A stretch of DNA of 64,000 nt, from the NCBI GenBank assembly GCA_903902855.1, contig CAIUWK010000095.1, positions 5,887 through 69,886 on the forward strand, read 5' to 3'. Below the pieces are notes generated by a model. It saw only the letters and a program-made list of their open reading frames with translations. It searched no databases and was not told the origin of the DNA. Position 1 is the first letter of the stretch; each line of letters opens with the position of its first letter. Both the position numbers and the translations under genes were made by a program. Source of the DNA: an uncultured Geobacter sp. Its GTDB lineage: Bacteria; Desulfobacterota; Desulfuromonadia; Geobacterales; CAIOGM01. Shown here one piece after another: positions 27,486-36,218 of the stretch.

Positions 27486-27923
27486 TTATCTTCCACGGGG
27501 TCCATGGTAAACGCGGGCGTTGCGAAGACGATCATCTCCTATCTCCATGATCACGTCATGGCGTTCTACCTTGTTATTGTCGACCAGTAACGTTTCATAC
27601 CCTACATACCCCCTCTTGCCGAGTTCCACCACCATCTTCAGCGCCTCACCCTTTTCTTCCTGCGACAGATGGTCGAATGCTTCAAATTTTCCGGGACGAT
27701 TCAGATCAAAGAAATTATCCACCGCGGCAAAGACGTCATGGGATGCGGAAAGATCCACGGAGACGGCATCAGCGGTACGTGAAGAGCGGTTCAAGGCGGC
27801 ATCCCGGGCAGCGGAACCGGAAACGGCCGAAGGGGGCGTCGAACCGGGCAAGGAGGAGGACGCAGCAAGGAGGAGTTTCGAGTATAAATCTCCGCTGCTT
27901 GTCTCTGCTGATGTTCTCATCAC
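27486..27923 (-). CDS. Hypothetical protein (145 aa), Ser/Ala-rich N-terminus
   Basis: The ORF has coding-like composition and a GGAGGGAATG SD context. No motif was recognised. Confidence 0.4.
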   Translation of the reverse strand: MMRTSAETSSGDLYSKLLLAASSSLPGSTPPSAVSGSAARDAALNRSSRTADAVSVDLSASHDVFAAVDNFFDLNRPGKFEAFDHLSQEEKGEALKMVVELGKRGYVGYETLLVDNNKVERHDVIMEIGDDRLRNARVYHGPRGR

Positions 27924-28102
27924 ATTCCCTCCTTGAAAAAAAGCCCGTCAAGACCGAAGAAACTGCTCATGGAATTCTTATCGGCGCCTCGCTGCGGATT
28001 CTTGAACCAAACAGGTCATCGCCGCGAACAAACCGGACTAACAAGCATCCCGTTGTAAAATCTCATTTTCTACGTTACACTGATAACAAAAATTCCGTCA
28101 GG

Positions 28103-28756
28103 ATGGTTGTCATGAAAGCTACCCAACGCCGTAAAGAACTTCTCACCATGATCCAGGAGAAAGGGGGACTCTCCCTCAAGGAGATCACCGAACAGTTCGA
28201 CGTCTCAAAGATGACCATCCATCGGGATCTGGAAGTCCTGGAATCCCGAGGACTCATTCGACGGATCTTCGGGGGTGCGGTTCCCGCCGATGACGCAAAG
28301 AGTCCTCTTCCCTCCCCACCTCCTCCTGTGCCGCTCCGGGCAACAGCTCCTGCTCACCCCATGGACAGCTGCCTCGTCTGCCTCCGCCCGGTTACCCAGC
28401 ACCTCCTCTACTGCATTACCCTGGCCACAGGTGAACAGCATTTCGCCTGCTGTCCTCACTGCGGCCTCTCGGCCCACCTCCGGCACAGGGAGAACATCAC
28501 CTCGGCCATGACCGCCGACTTCATCAGCGGCCGCCCCCATCCGGCCCATCGCTCTTTTTACCTCATGGGGAGCAGTGCGGCCCCCTGCTGCACCCCCTCC
28601 ATCCTGACCTTTGAAAACGAGGATCAGGCCCAACGCTTCCAGGCCGGTTTCGGCGGGAAGGTCGGCCCCCTCCAGGAGGCCCTGGAATTTCTCCAAGATG
28701 AGATGTCCATGGATGGCGGCAAGAAGGGATGCCCCCACTGCGCCGCCCAGAGTTAA
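28103..28756 (+). CDS. DeoR-type HTH transcriptional regulator fused to a Cys-rich (TRASH/NosL-like) C-terminal domain
   Basis: The start is the ATG at 28103 (or 28112), inside track ORF 27677-28756. The N-terminus, RRKELLTMIQEKGGLSLKEITEQFDVSKMTIHRDLEVLESRGLIRR, is a DeoR HTH. The C-terminus has CLVC...FACCPHCG...PCC, and by eye its segment SFYLMGSSAAPCCTPSILTFENEDQAQRFQAGFGGKV aligns to the NosL paralogue at 29577. Confidence 0.65.
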   Translation: MVVMKATQRRKELLTMIQEKGGLSLKEITEQFDVSKMTIHRDLEVLESRGLIRRIFGGAVPADDAKSPLPSPPPPVPLRATAPAHPMDSCLVCLRPVTQHLLYCITLATGEQHFACCPHCGLSAHLRHRENITSAMTADFISGRPHPAHRSFYLMGSSAAPCCTPSILTFENEDQAQRFQAGFGGKVGPLQEALEFLQDEMSMDGGKKGCPHCAAQS

Positions 28757-28776
28757 CCTCCCGTACCTTGTACGAA

Positions 28777-28819
28777 AACAGCCGAAATATTCTGTGCGAG
28801 ACAGGATATTCCGGCTGTT
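28777..28819. terminator. Hairpin between convergent genes (regulator / thioredoxin)
   Basis: The arms AACAGCCGAAATATTCTGT (28777-28795) and ACAGGATATTCCGGCTGTT (28801-28819) have 2 mismatches and enclose a 5-nt loop. Flanking T-runs are weak. Confidence 0.4.
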
Positions 28820-28856
28820 GATGTTTGGGGGTTTAAAAACCGTCTGCGAGGAAAAA

Positions 28857-29375
28857 CTACTCTGCCAGCATATTCTTGACCTGTTTTTCCATGAGCTTCA
28901 TGTTGGTCTCGTTGTAGCCACGGAATATGCCGGCAATCGTTCCCTTCCTGTCCAGGATCAGATAACAGGGGATCGAAAAGATCCCCATGGTATTTTTAAC
29001 CGTCTTCTCCTCTGCCATTGCCATCGTGTAGCCGACCTTATAGTCATTGATATAATCCTTCAAATTCTGTGCGGTGAACTTTGCGCCATAAATAAGTCCC
29101 AGCAACTGGAATCCCTGGCTCTCATAACGTTTGAACAGCTCTCCCATTCCGGGAATACCTTTCTTGCAGGCATTGCAATCATCGGACGTCACGGCGATGA
29201 GGAGCACCTTGCCGGCGTACGTGCCCAGGGTGATCCGCTGACCTGTCACCGTGGTCGCCTCAAAGGGAGGAAGATTCTTACCTTTCTGGGGAGCAGCCTG
29301 GAGTAATCCGGGCGACACCAGTGACAATCCCGTCAGGATTAACAGCAGAACCGTTATCACAAGCGATCGTAGCAT
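28857..29375 (-). CDS. Secreted TlpA/ResA-like thioredoxin-fold thiol:disulfide oxidoreductase (1)
   Basis: The start is at MLRSLVITVLLL (29375). It has a signal/anchor sequence, a CNAC active-site CxxC and redoxin-family flanks (GKVLLIAVTSDDCNACKKGIP). It is a paralogue of 33208-33726. Confidence 0.7.
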   Translation of the reverse strand: MLRSLVITVLLLILTGLSLVSPGLLQAAPQKGKNLPPFEATTVTGQRITLGTYAGKVLLIAVTSDDCNACKKGIPGMGELFKRYESQGFQLLGLIYGAKFTAQNLKDYINDYKVGYTMAMAEEKTVKNTMGIFSIPCYLILDRKGTIAGIFRGYNETNMKLMEKQVKNMLAE

Positions 29376-29576
29376 AACAACACCTCGAAAAAACAACTGA
29401 AGAATCTTAGAAGCGCAACAAATTAACAACCCGCCTCTGATTTGTCAACGGGCAAATATCATGGGGTGTTAGTCCAATAACCTATTGAAGAAACAACATA
29501 ATTCATATATAACTACCATCGTCGAGCAGTATCGAAACCCCTAACTCATCCGGATGGGGAAGGAAGGAACCGTGTG

Positions 29577-30044
29577 ATGATCAAAAAAATTCAGCTATTT
29601 TCCCTGCTCTTCACCCTGACAGTGCCACCCTTTGCCCTGGCTGTCGCAACACCGGGGCCCAAGGACAAGTGCCTTGTCTGCGGGATGTTTGTCGCCAAGT
29701 ATCCTGACTGGACGGCAGTGGTCGAATACAAGAATGGCCGGGTGGTGCAGTTCGACGGGGTCAAGGACCTGACCAAGGGGCTCCTGACACCGGGGAAATA
29801 CGGACTACCCAAGGCGCCTGGGGATATCAAGGCAATCTGGGTGAAAGACTACTACAGCCTCACCCTTGTGGAGGGGCGTTCGGCAAGCTATGTGATCGGG
29901 AGCGACGTCCTGGGTCCCATGGGGAAGGAGCTGATCCCCTTTGCCAAGGCCGGCGATGCCAAGGGCTTTCTCAAGGACCACCTGGGCGAAAAAGTCCTTC
30001 GTTTCGATCAACTTACTCCGGACGTCCTGAAAAAACTGGAGTAG
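29577..30044 (+). CDS. nosL: NosL-family protein (periplasmic metal chaperone-like)
   Basis: It has a signal peptide followed by the NosL hallmark CLVCGMFVAKYP, and DVLGPMGKELIPFAKAGDAKGF further on. Confidence 0.7.
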   Translation: MIKKIQLFSLLFTLTVPPFALAVATPGPKDKCLVCGMFVAKYPDWTAVVEYKNGRVVQFDGVKDLTKGLLTPGKYGLPKAPGDIKAIWVKDYYSLTLVEGRSASYVIGSDVLGPMGKELIPFAKAGDAKGFLKDHLGEKVLRFDQLTPDVLKKLE

Positions 30045-30050
30045 TCATTG

Positions 30051-30335
30051 ATGGCTCGACCTTCGACCCTCTATCTCTCTCTCCTGCTGCTGCTGGGTCT
30101 GCTCCTCCTGACGCTGCACGCCCATTCCCGCTGTAACCTGGCGAATGACACGCGACGTCTGGCACAGGTAGCCCGATTGGCAACACGGTTCAGCCTCACC
30201 GACCTGGCACTCTGCACCGAGGCCCGCTACTCCCGACACCTCTCCCAGGCAGATCGCCATGCGGCTTTTCAGGATCATCCCGGCGCCCTGGAACACTTTC
30301 CGTCAGGCTCCCTTCTCCCCCCCCCAGACAGGTAG
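30051..30335 (+). CDS. Small signal-anchored hypothetical protein
   Basis: This 94-aa protein has an N-terminal Leu-rich hydrophobic helix. Its stop is 2 nt before the permease start. No motif was recognised. Confidence 0.35.
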   Translation: MARPSTLYLSLLLLLGLLLLTLHAHSRCNLANDTRRLAQVARLATRFSLTDLALCTEARYSRHLSQADRHAAFQDHPGALEHFPSGSLLPPPDR

Positions 30336-30337
30336 CA

Positions 30338-31480
30338 ATGCGAACAGTCATCGAATCTCAACGAAATATTCTCGATTACGCCTTGAGCGGGCTGATGAGG
30401 CGACGGGGAAAAACTTTTTCCCTGATCCTTCTCTATGCCCTGGTGGTGTTTGTGCTTGCCTCGATCATGTTTTTTACCCATGCCATGCGGCGTGAGTCGG
30501 AGCTACTCCTCTCCGGTGCCCCGGAACTGGTCGTCCAGCGAATGATCGCCGGTCGTCACGATCCCATACCGCTGGAGTACGGCCGCGGAATCGCCACGAT
30601 CCGCGGTGTGAGCAGAGTGCAACCCCGACTCTGGGGGTATTACTATGACTCCGATATTCGCGCCAACTATACCGTGCAGACAACCACCGACGACTCCATC
30701 ACAAGGGGAACCCTGGCGATTGGGGCCGGATTGGCTCGAATGCGTTCCCTCAAAAAGGGGGATGAGCTCTCAATCTGGGGGTACGACGGCCAACCACGGA
30801 CATTCCAGGTTGCGACTATTTTTACCGTGGAAAGTGATCTCTTGACAACCGATCTGGTTCTGACGCACGAGGCCGATTTCCGGGAACTGTTCCACTTCCC
30901 CATGGAGAGAGCCACCGACCTGTCAGTGACGGTACGTAACCCCCGAGAGATTCCCACCGTAGCGGCGCGAATCGCGGAACTCTACCCTGACACTCGTCCC
31001 ATAACGAGACAGGATATTCTGCGAACCTATGCGGCCGTGTTCGACTGGCGCGGCGGCATTCTCATCGTCATGGTCTCCATGGCGCTCCTGGCATTCGTCA
31101 TTTTTGCCTGGGATCGGGCCAGCGGTCTTTCCGCCAATGAACAGCGCGAGATCGGCATACTGAAGTCCATAGGCTGGAAGACCGAGGAGGTACTCATTCT
31201 CAAGCTCTGGGAAGGTGCCATCATCTCGTTAACCGCGTTCCTGCTGGGGCTGATCGGAGGGTATATTCATGTGTTTCTGCTTTCAGCGCCGCTCTTTGCC
31301 AGGGTGATCAAGGGATGGGCCACGCTCTATCCCAGCTTCCGGCTCACCCCCTTCATCGATTATTACCAGGTGGCTGTTCTCTTTGTCCTTTCGGTCTTCC
31401 CCTATCTTCTGGCCACGGTGGTTCCTTCCTGGCAGGCCGCCATCGTTGATCCGGACAACGCCATGCGGGGAAGCGAATGA
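30338..31480 (+). CDS. ABC transporter permease, FtsX/MacB type (type VII architecture)
   Basis: It has an N-terminal TM segment, a roughly 200-aa periplasmic domain and three C-terminal TM helices (FtsX pattern: EIGILKSIGW). Its stop overlaps the ATPase start. Confidence 0.7.
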   Translation: MRTVIESQRNILDYALSGLMRRRGKTFSLILLYALVVFVLASIMFFTHAMRRESELLLSGAPELVVQRMIAGRHDPIPLEYGRGIATIRGVSRVQPRLWGYYYDSDIRANYTVQTTTDDSITRGTLAIGAGLARMRSLKKGDELSIWGYDGQPRTFQVATIFTVESDLLTTDLVLTHEADFRELFHFPMERATDLSVTVRNPREIPTVAARIAELYPDTRPITRQDILRTYAAVFDWRGGILIVMVSMALLAFVIFAWDRASGLSANEQREIGILKSIGWKTEEVLILKLWEGAIISLTAFLLGLIGGYIHVFLLSAPLFARVIKGWATLYPSFRLTPFIDYYQVAVLFVLSVFPYLLATVVPSWQAAIVDPDNAMRGSE

Positions 31481-32208
31481 TCGAACTCCTGAATGTCACC
31501 AAAATCTATAACCGGGGCCGACACAACGAATTCAGTGCCGTCCGCGGCATCACCCTGGAGCTGATTGCCGGGGAATGCGTCATCATCAAGGGACCCAGCG
31601 GCTCCGGCAAGAGTTCGCTGCTCTCCCTCATCGGCTGCATGCATCGACCCACCAGCGGAAGAATTCGCCTCCATGGTGCGGAGGCGGCACGGGTGGTCGG
31701 GAGCGCAAACCCGGCGGAACCTGTAGAGGTCACCTCGCTGCCGGAACGCTATCTGACTGAAATCCGGCGGCAACTCTTCGGCTTCATCTTCCAGCAGTTC
31801 AACCTGGTGCGGGGGATTACTGCCCTGGAAAACGTCATGCTGCCTGCCTATCCCCTGGGCGTTCCGCGCTCCGTCATCAGGAAAAATGCACTGGAGTTGT
31901 TCGACTCCCTGGGTATCGCCCACCGGGCCACCGCACGGATCGAACATCTTTCCGGCGGGGAGCAACAGCGGGTGGCCATCGCTCGGGCACTGATCACCAG
32001 GCCGACGGCACTCATCGCCGATGAACCCACCGCCCACCTGGACTCGAATCTCTCCCGGGAATTTCTCGCCATCGTGGAAAAGCTGAAACTGGCCGGCACC
32101 ACCTTGATCATCGCCAGTCATGACCCCCTGGTCTATGATTCACCCCTGGCGGATAAGGTCGTCGAAGTTCGTGACGGCCTCCTGCTCTCCCCTGGGAGCA
32201 GCCGGTGA
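31477..32208 (+). CDS. ABC transporter ATP-binding protein (MacB/LolD-like)
   Basis: It has a Walker A motif (GPSGSGKSS), an LSGGEQQRVAIARAL signature and a Walker B motif (LIADEPT). Confidence 0.85.
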   Translation: MIELLNVTKIYNRGRHNEFSAVRGITLELIAGECVIIKGPSGSGKSSLLSLIGCMHRPTSGRIRLHGAEAARVVGSANPAEPVEVTSLPERYLTEIRRQLFGFIFQQFNLVRGITALENVMLPAYPLGVPRSVIRKNALELFDSLGIAHRATARIEHLSGGEQQRVAIARALITRPTALIADEPTAHLDSNLSREFLAIVEKLKLAGTTLIIASHDPLVYDSPLADKVVEVRDGLLLSPGSSR

Positions 32209-33200
32209 TCATGCAATCAGGCATCATCGCCCTTTTGGTCACGTCCCTGGGGACAGCGGGGCTACTCCTCTATGCGGCACGGATCGCCATTCAGACGCTG
32301 CGCAGCTGGGATCTGGGAAGCGGCAGTGAACAGCAGCTGCTGCTGGAACGAAAGACCGCGCTTGTTTCCACCATAGTCGCCCTTATTCTCGGCTTTCAGG
32401 TGGTAACCCTGGCGCTGTTCATCTACACCGTGGATGCACTGCATATCCTCTTCGCCGGCTCCATGTGCGCAGCCGGCACGCTCAACGTGAACCCCCTGGG
32501 GTATCCGTCCCTGGCGATCAAGCTTCTCTGCACCATTCTGGCCGGGATCTGGATGATCATCAATCGGGCCGACTACCTGGCCCACGATTTCCCGCTCATC
32601 AAGGTAAAATTCACACTGCTCCTCGTCCTGGCGCCGCTGTCTCTCCTGGAAGCAGGGTCACTCACCTCCTATTTTCTCCTGTTGAAACCTGACGTCATCA
32701 CCTCATGCTGCGGCAGCCTCTTCGAGGGTGGACGCACCACCCTGGCCGGTCTCCTTGCCGGACTTCCCCCCGTACCGTCCGCCATCGGCTATTATCTGGT
32801 AACCGCCGTCACCCTGCTCAACGGAATCATTACCTGGCGTACCGGACGGGGTGGACTACTCCTGGCGGTGACCAGTCTGGCAGCTTTCATCAGCGGCATT
32901 GCCGCTCTCGTCGCCTTCTTCTGTCTCTACTACTACGAGATCCCCACCCATCACTGCCCCTTCTGTCTGCTCCAGCCCGAATACGGCCGGATAGGGTATC
33001 TGCTCTACGCTCTGCTTATCAGCGGTGTCGTGACGGGGTGCGGCGGCGGGGTCATCCATCTGAACCGGAAGCGCCCGAGTCTGAGCGTCATCGTCCCGAA
33101 ATTGCAGAAGAGACTCGCCCTCTGGACAGTGCTCAGTTTTTCGCTGTATCTCCTGCTGGTAACGATAAAGCTGCTGACCACCTCGTTCCGGCTGGATTGA
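32205..33200 (+). CDS. Polytopic membrane protein (about 8-9 TM) with conserved-looking Cys/His motifs, unknown family
   Basis: The protein is highly hydrophobic. Its motifs are SMCAAGT, TSCCGSLFEGG and THHCPFCLLQPEYG. It is translationally coupled (ATGA) to the ABC ATPase. Confidence 0.55.
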   Translation: MIMQSGIIALLVTSLGTAGLLLYAARIAIQTLRSWDLGSGSEQQLLLERKTALVSTIVALILGFQVVTLALFIYTVDALHILFAGSMCAAGTLNVNPLGYPSLAIKLLCTILAGIWMIINRADYLAHDFPLIKVKFTLLLVLAPLSLLEAGSLTSYFLLLKPDVITSCCGSLFEGGRTTLAGLLAGLPPVPSAIGYYLVTAVTLLNGIITWRTGRGGLLLAVTSLAAFISGIAALVAFFCLYYYEIPTHHCPFCLLQPEYGRIGYLLYALLISGVVTGCGGGVIHLNRKRPSLSVIVPKLQKRLALWTVLSFSLYLLLVTIKLLTTSFRLD

Positions 33201-33207
33201 GAGGGGG

Positions 33208-33726
33208 TTATTCCACCAACAGCAGCTTCACCTGCTTTTCCATCTCCTGCATGTTCCGCTCGCTGTACCCCCGGTAATACCCCGTAATAGTTCCCATTTT
33301 ATTCAAGAGGATATACGTCGGCACCGCATAGGCGCCGATGGTGTCAATGGTCTGGGCAGACACCAGCGCCAGGGGATGCGCTACCTGGTTTTCCTCGATG
33401 TAGCGCTTCAGGCGTTCCAAGCCGAAACCAGGCCCGCGGATCACTCCCTGCACCAGCAGACCCTGCTTTCCGTATGAATCAAATAGCATGTTGAGCCGGG
33501 GTATCGCCATCTTGCAATAGGTACATTTGTCGGCTGAGATGGCCAGTAACACCACCTTTCCGGCAAATGCAGTGGAGGATGACACCTTCTGGCCTGTTAC
33601 GGCAGTCGCCTCGAAGGTTGGCAGGCTCTTCCCCTTCTGGGGGACGGCATAAGCGGCCAGCGGCAGGACAAGCAGGATGACCGCGACAACTACGATTCTA
33701 CAGTTTCTCGCTATCAGGTTACTCAT
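33208..33726 (-). CDS. Secreted TlpA/ResA-like thioredoxin-fold thiol:disulfide oxidoreductase (2)
   Basis: It has a signal/anchor sequence, a CTYC CxxC motif and the same family pattern as 28857-29375. Confidence 0.7.
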   Translation of the reverse strand: MSNLIARNCRIVVVAVILLVLPLAAYAVPQKGKSLPTFEATAVTGQKVSSSTAFAGKVVLLAISADKCTYCKMAIPRLNMLFDSYGKQGLLVQGVIRGPGFGLERLKRYIEENQVAHPLALVSAQTIDTIGAYAVPTYILLNKMGTITGYYRGYSERNMQEMEKQVKLLLVE

Positions 33727-33813
33727 GGAGAGTTCCTCGCAGATTCCGCTCTACATGAAAAAAGCCCGGAGCTCAAAAGAGCACCGGGCCTTCTCCTCAT
33801 GTCGGTCGGATGA

Positions 33814-35883
33814 TTACTTGACCGTCGTTTTTACCGTCGTTGCTACCGACTTGAAGTTATTCGTTTCGAGGGTCTCGGCCACAACTGCCGCGGAATCGGC
33901 AACAGCGCCGACGTAGAAGGTGCCGGCGGCCAATTTGGTCGTTGCAACGGCAGTGGACAGCGTCAGACTCTGCGTGGCGCCGGCAGCCAGGGCAGAGGTG
34001 GCGATCGTACCAACCTGAGTGACCGCAGCCGTGATTGTGGGAGAGAGGTAGAAGCCCGTCGTCGATGCGGCACAGCTTCCGGTTCCCTGGTTTTTAACCG
34101 TAGCAGTGAAGCTATACTTTGTCGTACCCCGGGTGATCGCGGTCGGCCCGCTGACTGCACTGATGATCAGGTCGCAGGTCACCGGCGCTACCACCGGGGT
34201 GGAGATCGTTGCCGTGTTGTTGGCCAGGTTCAAATCAACGCTGCCGGCCTTGACGCTGGCGTTAGTGACAAGCGTAGAGGCTGTGCCGGCAGTCGTTGCC
34301 GTAACGGTAACTATTTTACTGCTGCCCGGGGCCAGATCAGCAAACGTACACGCAATAGAACGTGTATTAAGCTGACATTCCGGAGTGATGGGATTATTGG
34401 AAGTAACGACAAAGTTGGTCAACGTCTTGTCAAAGCTCTGGTTCAGTTTGGGCTGCACCGCGGAACTCGGGCCATTGTTGGTTACGGTCATAGTGTAGGT
34501 TACCGTGCTCTTGGTCTTGGCCGGGCTCGGTGTTGCCGCCAGGGACACAGAGAGGTCGGCAGTTCCGCCAAACGCCTTCAGGGCGCCGTTGATGAGAGTA
34601 TAGAGGGTGCCGTCCATGCCGATGATGGGCACCCGGGCATCTGTTTGGTAGATGTTAGCAACGGTATATTCCCACACCTTGACCCCTGCAGTGCTGTACA
34701 TATAGAGATGGCTTGTGAAATCGACGCCATCGACCATCTCATCCGAATTGACGATGATGGCGCCCGTGGCGTCAAAGATGGGGGTGGCTGCGTCGGTCAT
34801 TCCCGGCAGAGTTGTCTTCCAACGAAGCGCACCGGTTTTGGCGTTGATGGAGTAGAGATCCGTAGTGCCGGAGAAATCGAATACTTTCACGCCCGAGGCA
34901 TCAAGGGTGAAGGGGAGCACCATGGCAGCGATCGTTCCGGAACCGTCGATTGCGGTCGTTGCGTCAAAGGCAATTCGATCAACCTGCATACCGGAGAAGG
35001 AGATAACCGTACTGACGGCGGCAGGAGGGGGCGTCTTATCGTTGATGCCGATCATTGCCGTGTCGATAGCAATAATTTTCTGATCGGCGGCAATGAAAAC
35101 CACATCACCCTTGCCGGTAACAGCCTTGGCCACCGGCATCGTCTCCCTCTCGTTCTTGATATCCTGATACCACAATTCCTTACCGGTTGCGGTTTCGATG
35201 GCGACCAGGAACAAGGGGCCAGCCACGTAAAGGGTCTTGCCGTCGGTGGAGGTAGATGACGCCCAGCGGACTTCACGCTGATCGTAGAGCCATTTGGCGC
35301 TGACGGTCTTTGCGATGAGGGGATCGGCATTGGTCGGATCAGTAAAGTTCAGGTTTGCCGGGTCGAAGGCGTACAGGACCCCTTTACCCAGCAGGATGGT
35401 GCCATCCGCGCCCACCGTGATCGCCCCGCAACAGGTGTCGCCATCGGGAAAATAGAACCTGACCGTGAAATCGGGATTGAGCGCCCAGAGGCCGTTACCG
35501 GCAAAATAAATGGTACCGTCCTGGCCGACAACCGGTGGGGCGCAGCAGACACCAATACCGTCGAGAATGTGCTTGACGCTACCGTTGGAATCAAAAGCAT
35601 AGGCCCGACCATCGGCACCGGCAGCGTAAATGGTGCCGTCAGCGCCTTCAGCCACGCCGGCAACGAACGCCGGGTCATAAACCCAGCCGGCAATGGGATC
35701 AACTACGTTGGGATGCTGATAGGACCACTTGACAGAAGGGGCAGAGGGGGCGGCTTTATCCGCCTTGCCGGTCTGCTGGGCATCGTGCTGATAGGTGCCC
35801 CAGTATGCCGAAGCATCCTTGACTGGCGCCAGGGAGAGAGTGAGTGCAAGAATAGAAGCACTCAAGATCACGGGTTTAAGCAT
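33814..35883 (-). CDS. Secreted PQQ-like beta-propeller repeat protein with C-terminal DUF11/CARDB-type Ig-like domains
   Basis: The start is at MLKPVIL (35883). The propeller repeats recur as DGTIY...G..LYAFD, with two vicinal Cys pairs (GVCCAPP, DTCCGAI). The C-terminus has TVTNNGPS and KNQGTGS...ETNNF, which are CARDB/DUF11-like signatures. Confidence 0.65.
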   Translation of the reverse strand: MLKPVILSASILALTLSLAPVKDASAYWGTYQHDAQQTGKADKAAPSAPSVKWSYQHPNVVDPIAGWVYDPAFVAGVAEGADGTIYAAGADGRAYAFDSNGSVKHILDGIGVCCAPPVVGQDGTIYFAGNGLWALNPDFTVRFYFPDGDTCCGAITVGADGTILLGKGVLYAFDPANLNFTDPTNADPLIAKTVSAKWLYDQREVRWASSTSTDGKTLYVAGPLFLVAIETATGKELWYQDIKNERETMPVAKAVTGKGDVVFIAADQKIIAIDTAMIGINDKTPPPAAVSTVISFSGMQVDRIAFDATTAIDGSGTIAAMVLPFTLDASGVKVFDFSGTTDLYSINAKTGALRWKTTLPGMTDAATPIFDATGAIIVNSDEMVDGVDFTSHLYMYSTAGVKVWEYTVANIYQTDARVPIIGMDGTLYTLINGALKAFGGTADLSVSLAATPSPAKTKSTVTYTMTVTNNGPSSAVQPKLNQSFDKTLTNFVVTSNNPITPECQLNTRSIACTFADLAPGSSKIVTVTATTAGTASTLVTNASVKAGSVDLNLANNTATISTPVVAPVTCDLIISAVSGPTAITRGTTKYSFTATVKNQGTGSCAASTTGFYLSPTITAAVTQVGTIATSALAAGATQSLTLSTAVATTKLAAGTFYVGAVADSAAVVAETLETNNFKSVATTVKTTVK

Positions 35884-35915
35884 GGGATATTCCTCCAAAT
35901 TTCTGTAATTGATGA

Positions 35916-36218
35916 CTACTTGTTGCTGATTTCGTAGGCCCTGAGCCCGTGCTCTTGAGCAGCCGGAGTATTGACTTCGATCTTCTCGCTACCCGGGATT
36001 ATCTGACGATTGGCGTGATACTGCTTACGTTTCTCCATTGCCGATGCACTCTTTTTCTTCCCGGTCGTCTTGCAATCAGCAGGGGGGGTGACCGTCTGTT
36101 TGGCAACGGCAGTCGCCGTTTTAACGGCATCAGCCCCCTTTTCATCCGCGAAACCGGCCGCCGGCAGAGCCAAGGCGGCTGCCAACAGTGTCAGCACCAG
36201 CTTGCTTCTCATTTTCAT
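35916..36218 (-). CDS. Small secreted hypothetical protein (100 aa)
   Basis: The start is at MKMRSKLVL (36218) after an AAGGAGGA SD. It has a signal peptide (ALPAAGFA-DE) and is Lys-rich. It is the first gene of the propeller/thioredoxin transcription unit. Confidence 0.5.
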   Translation of the reverse strand: MKMRSKLVLTLLAAALALPAAGFADEKGADAVKTATAVAKQTVTPPADCKTTGKKKSASAMEKRKQYHANRQIIPGSEKIEVNTPAAQEHGLRAYEISNK

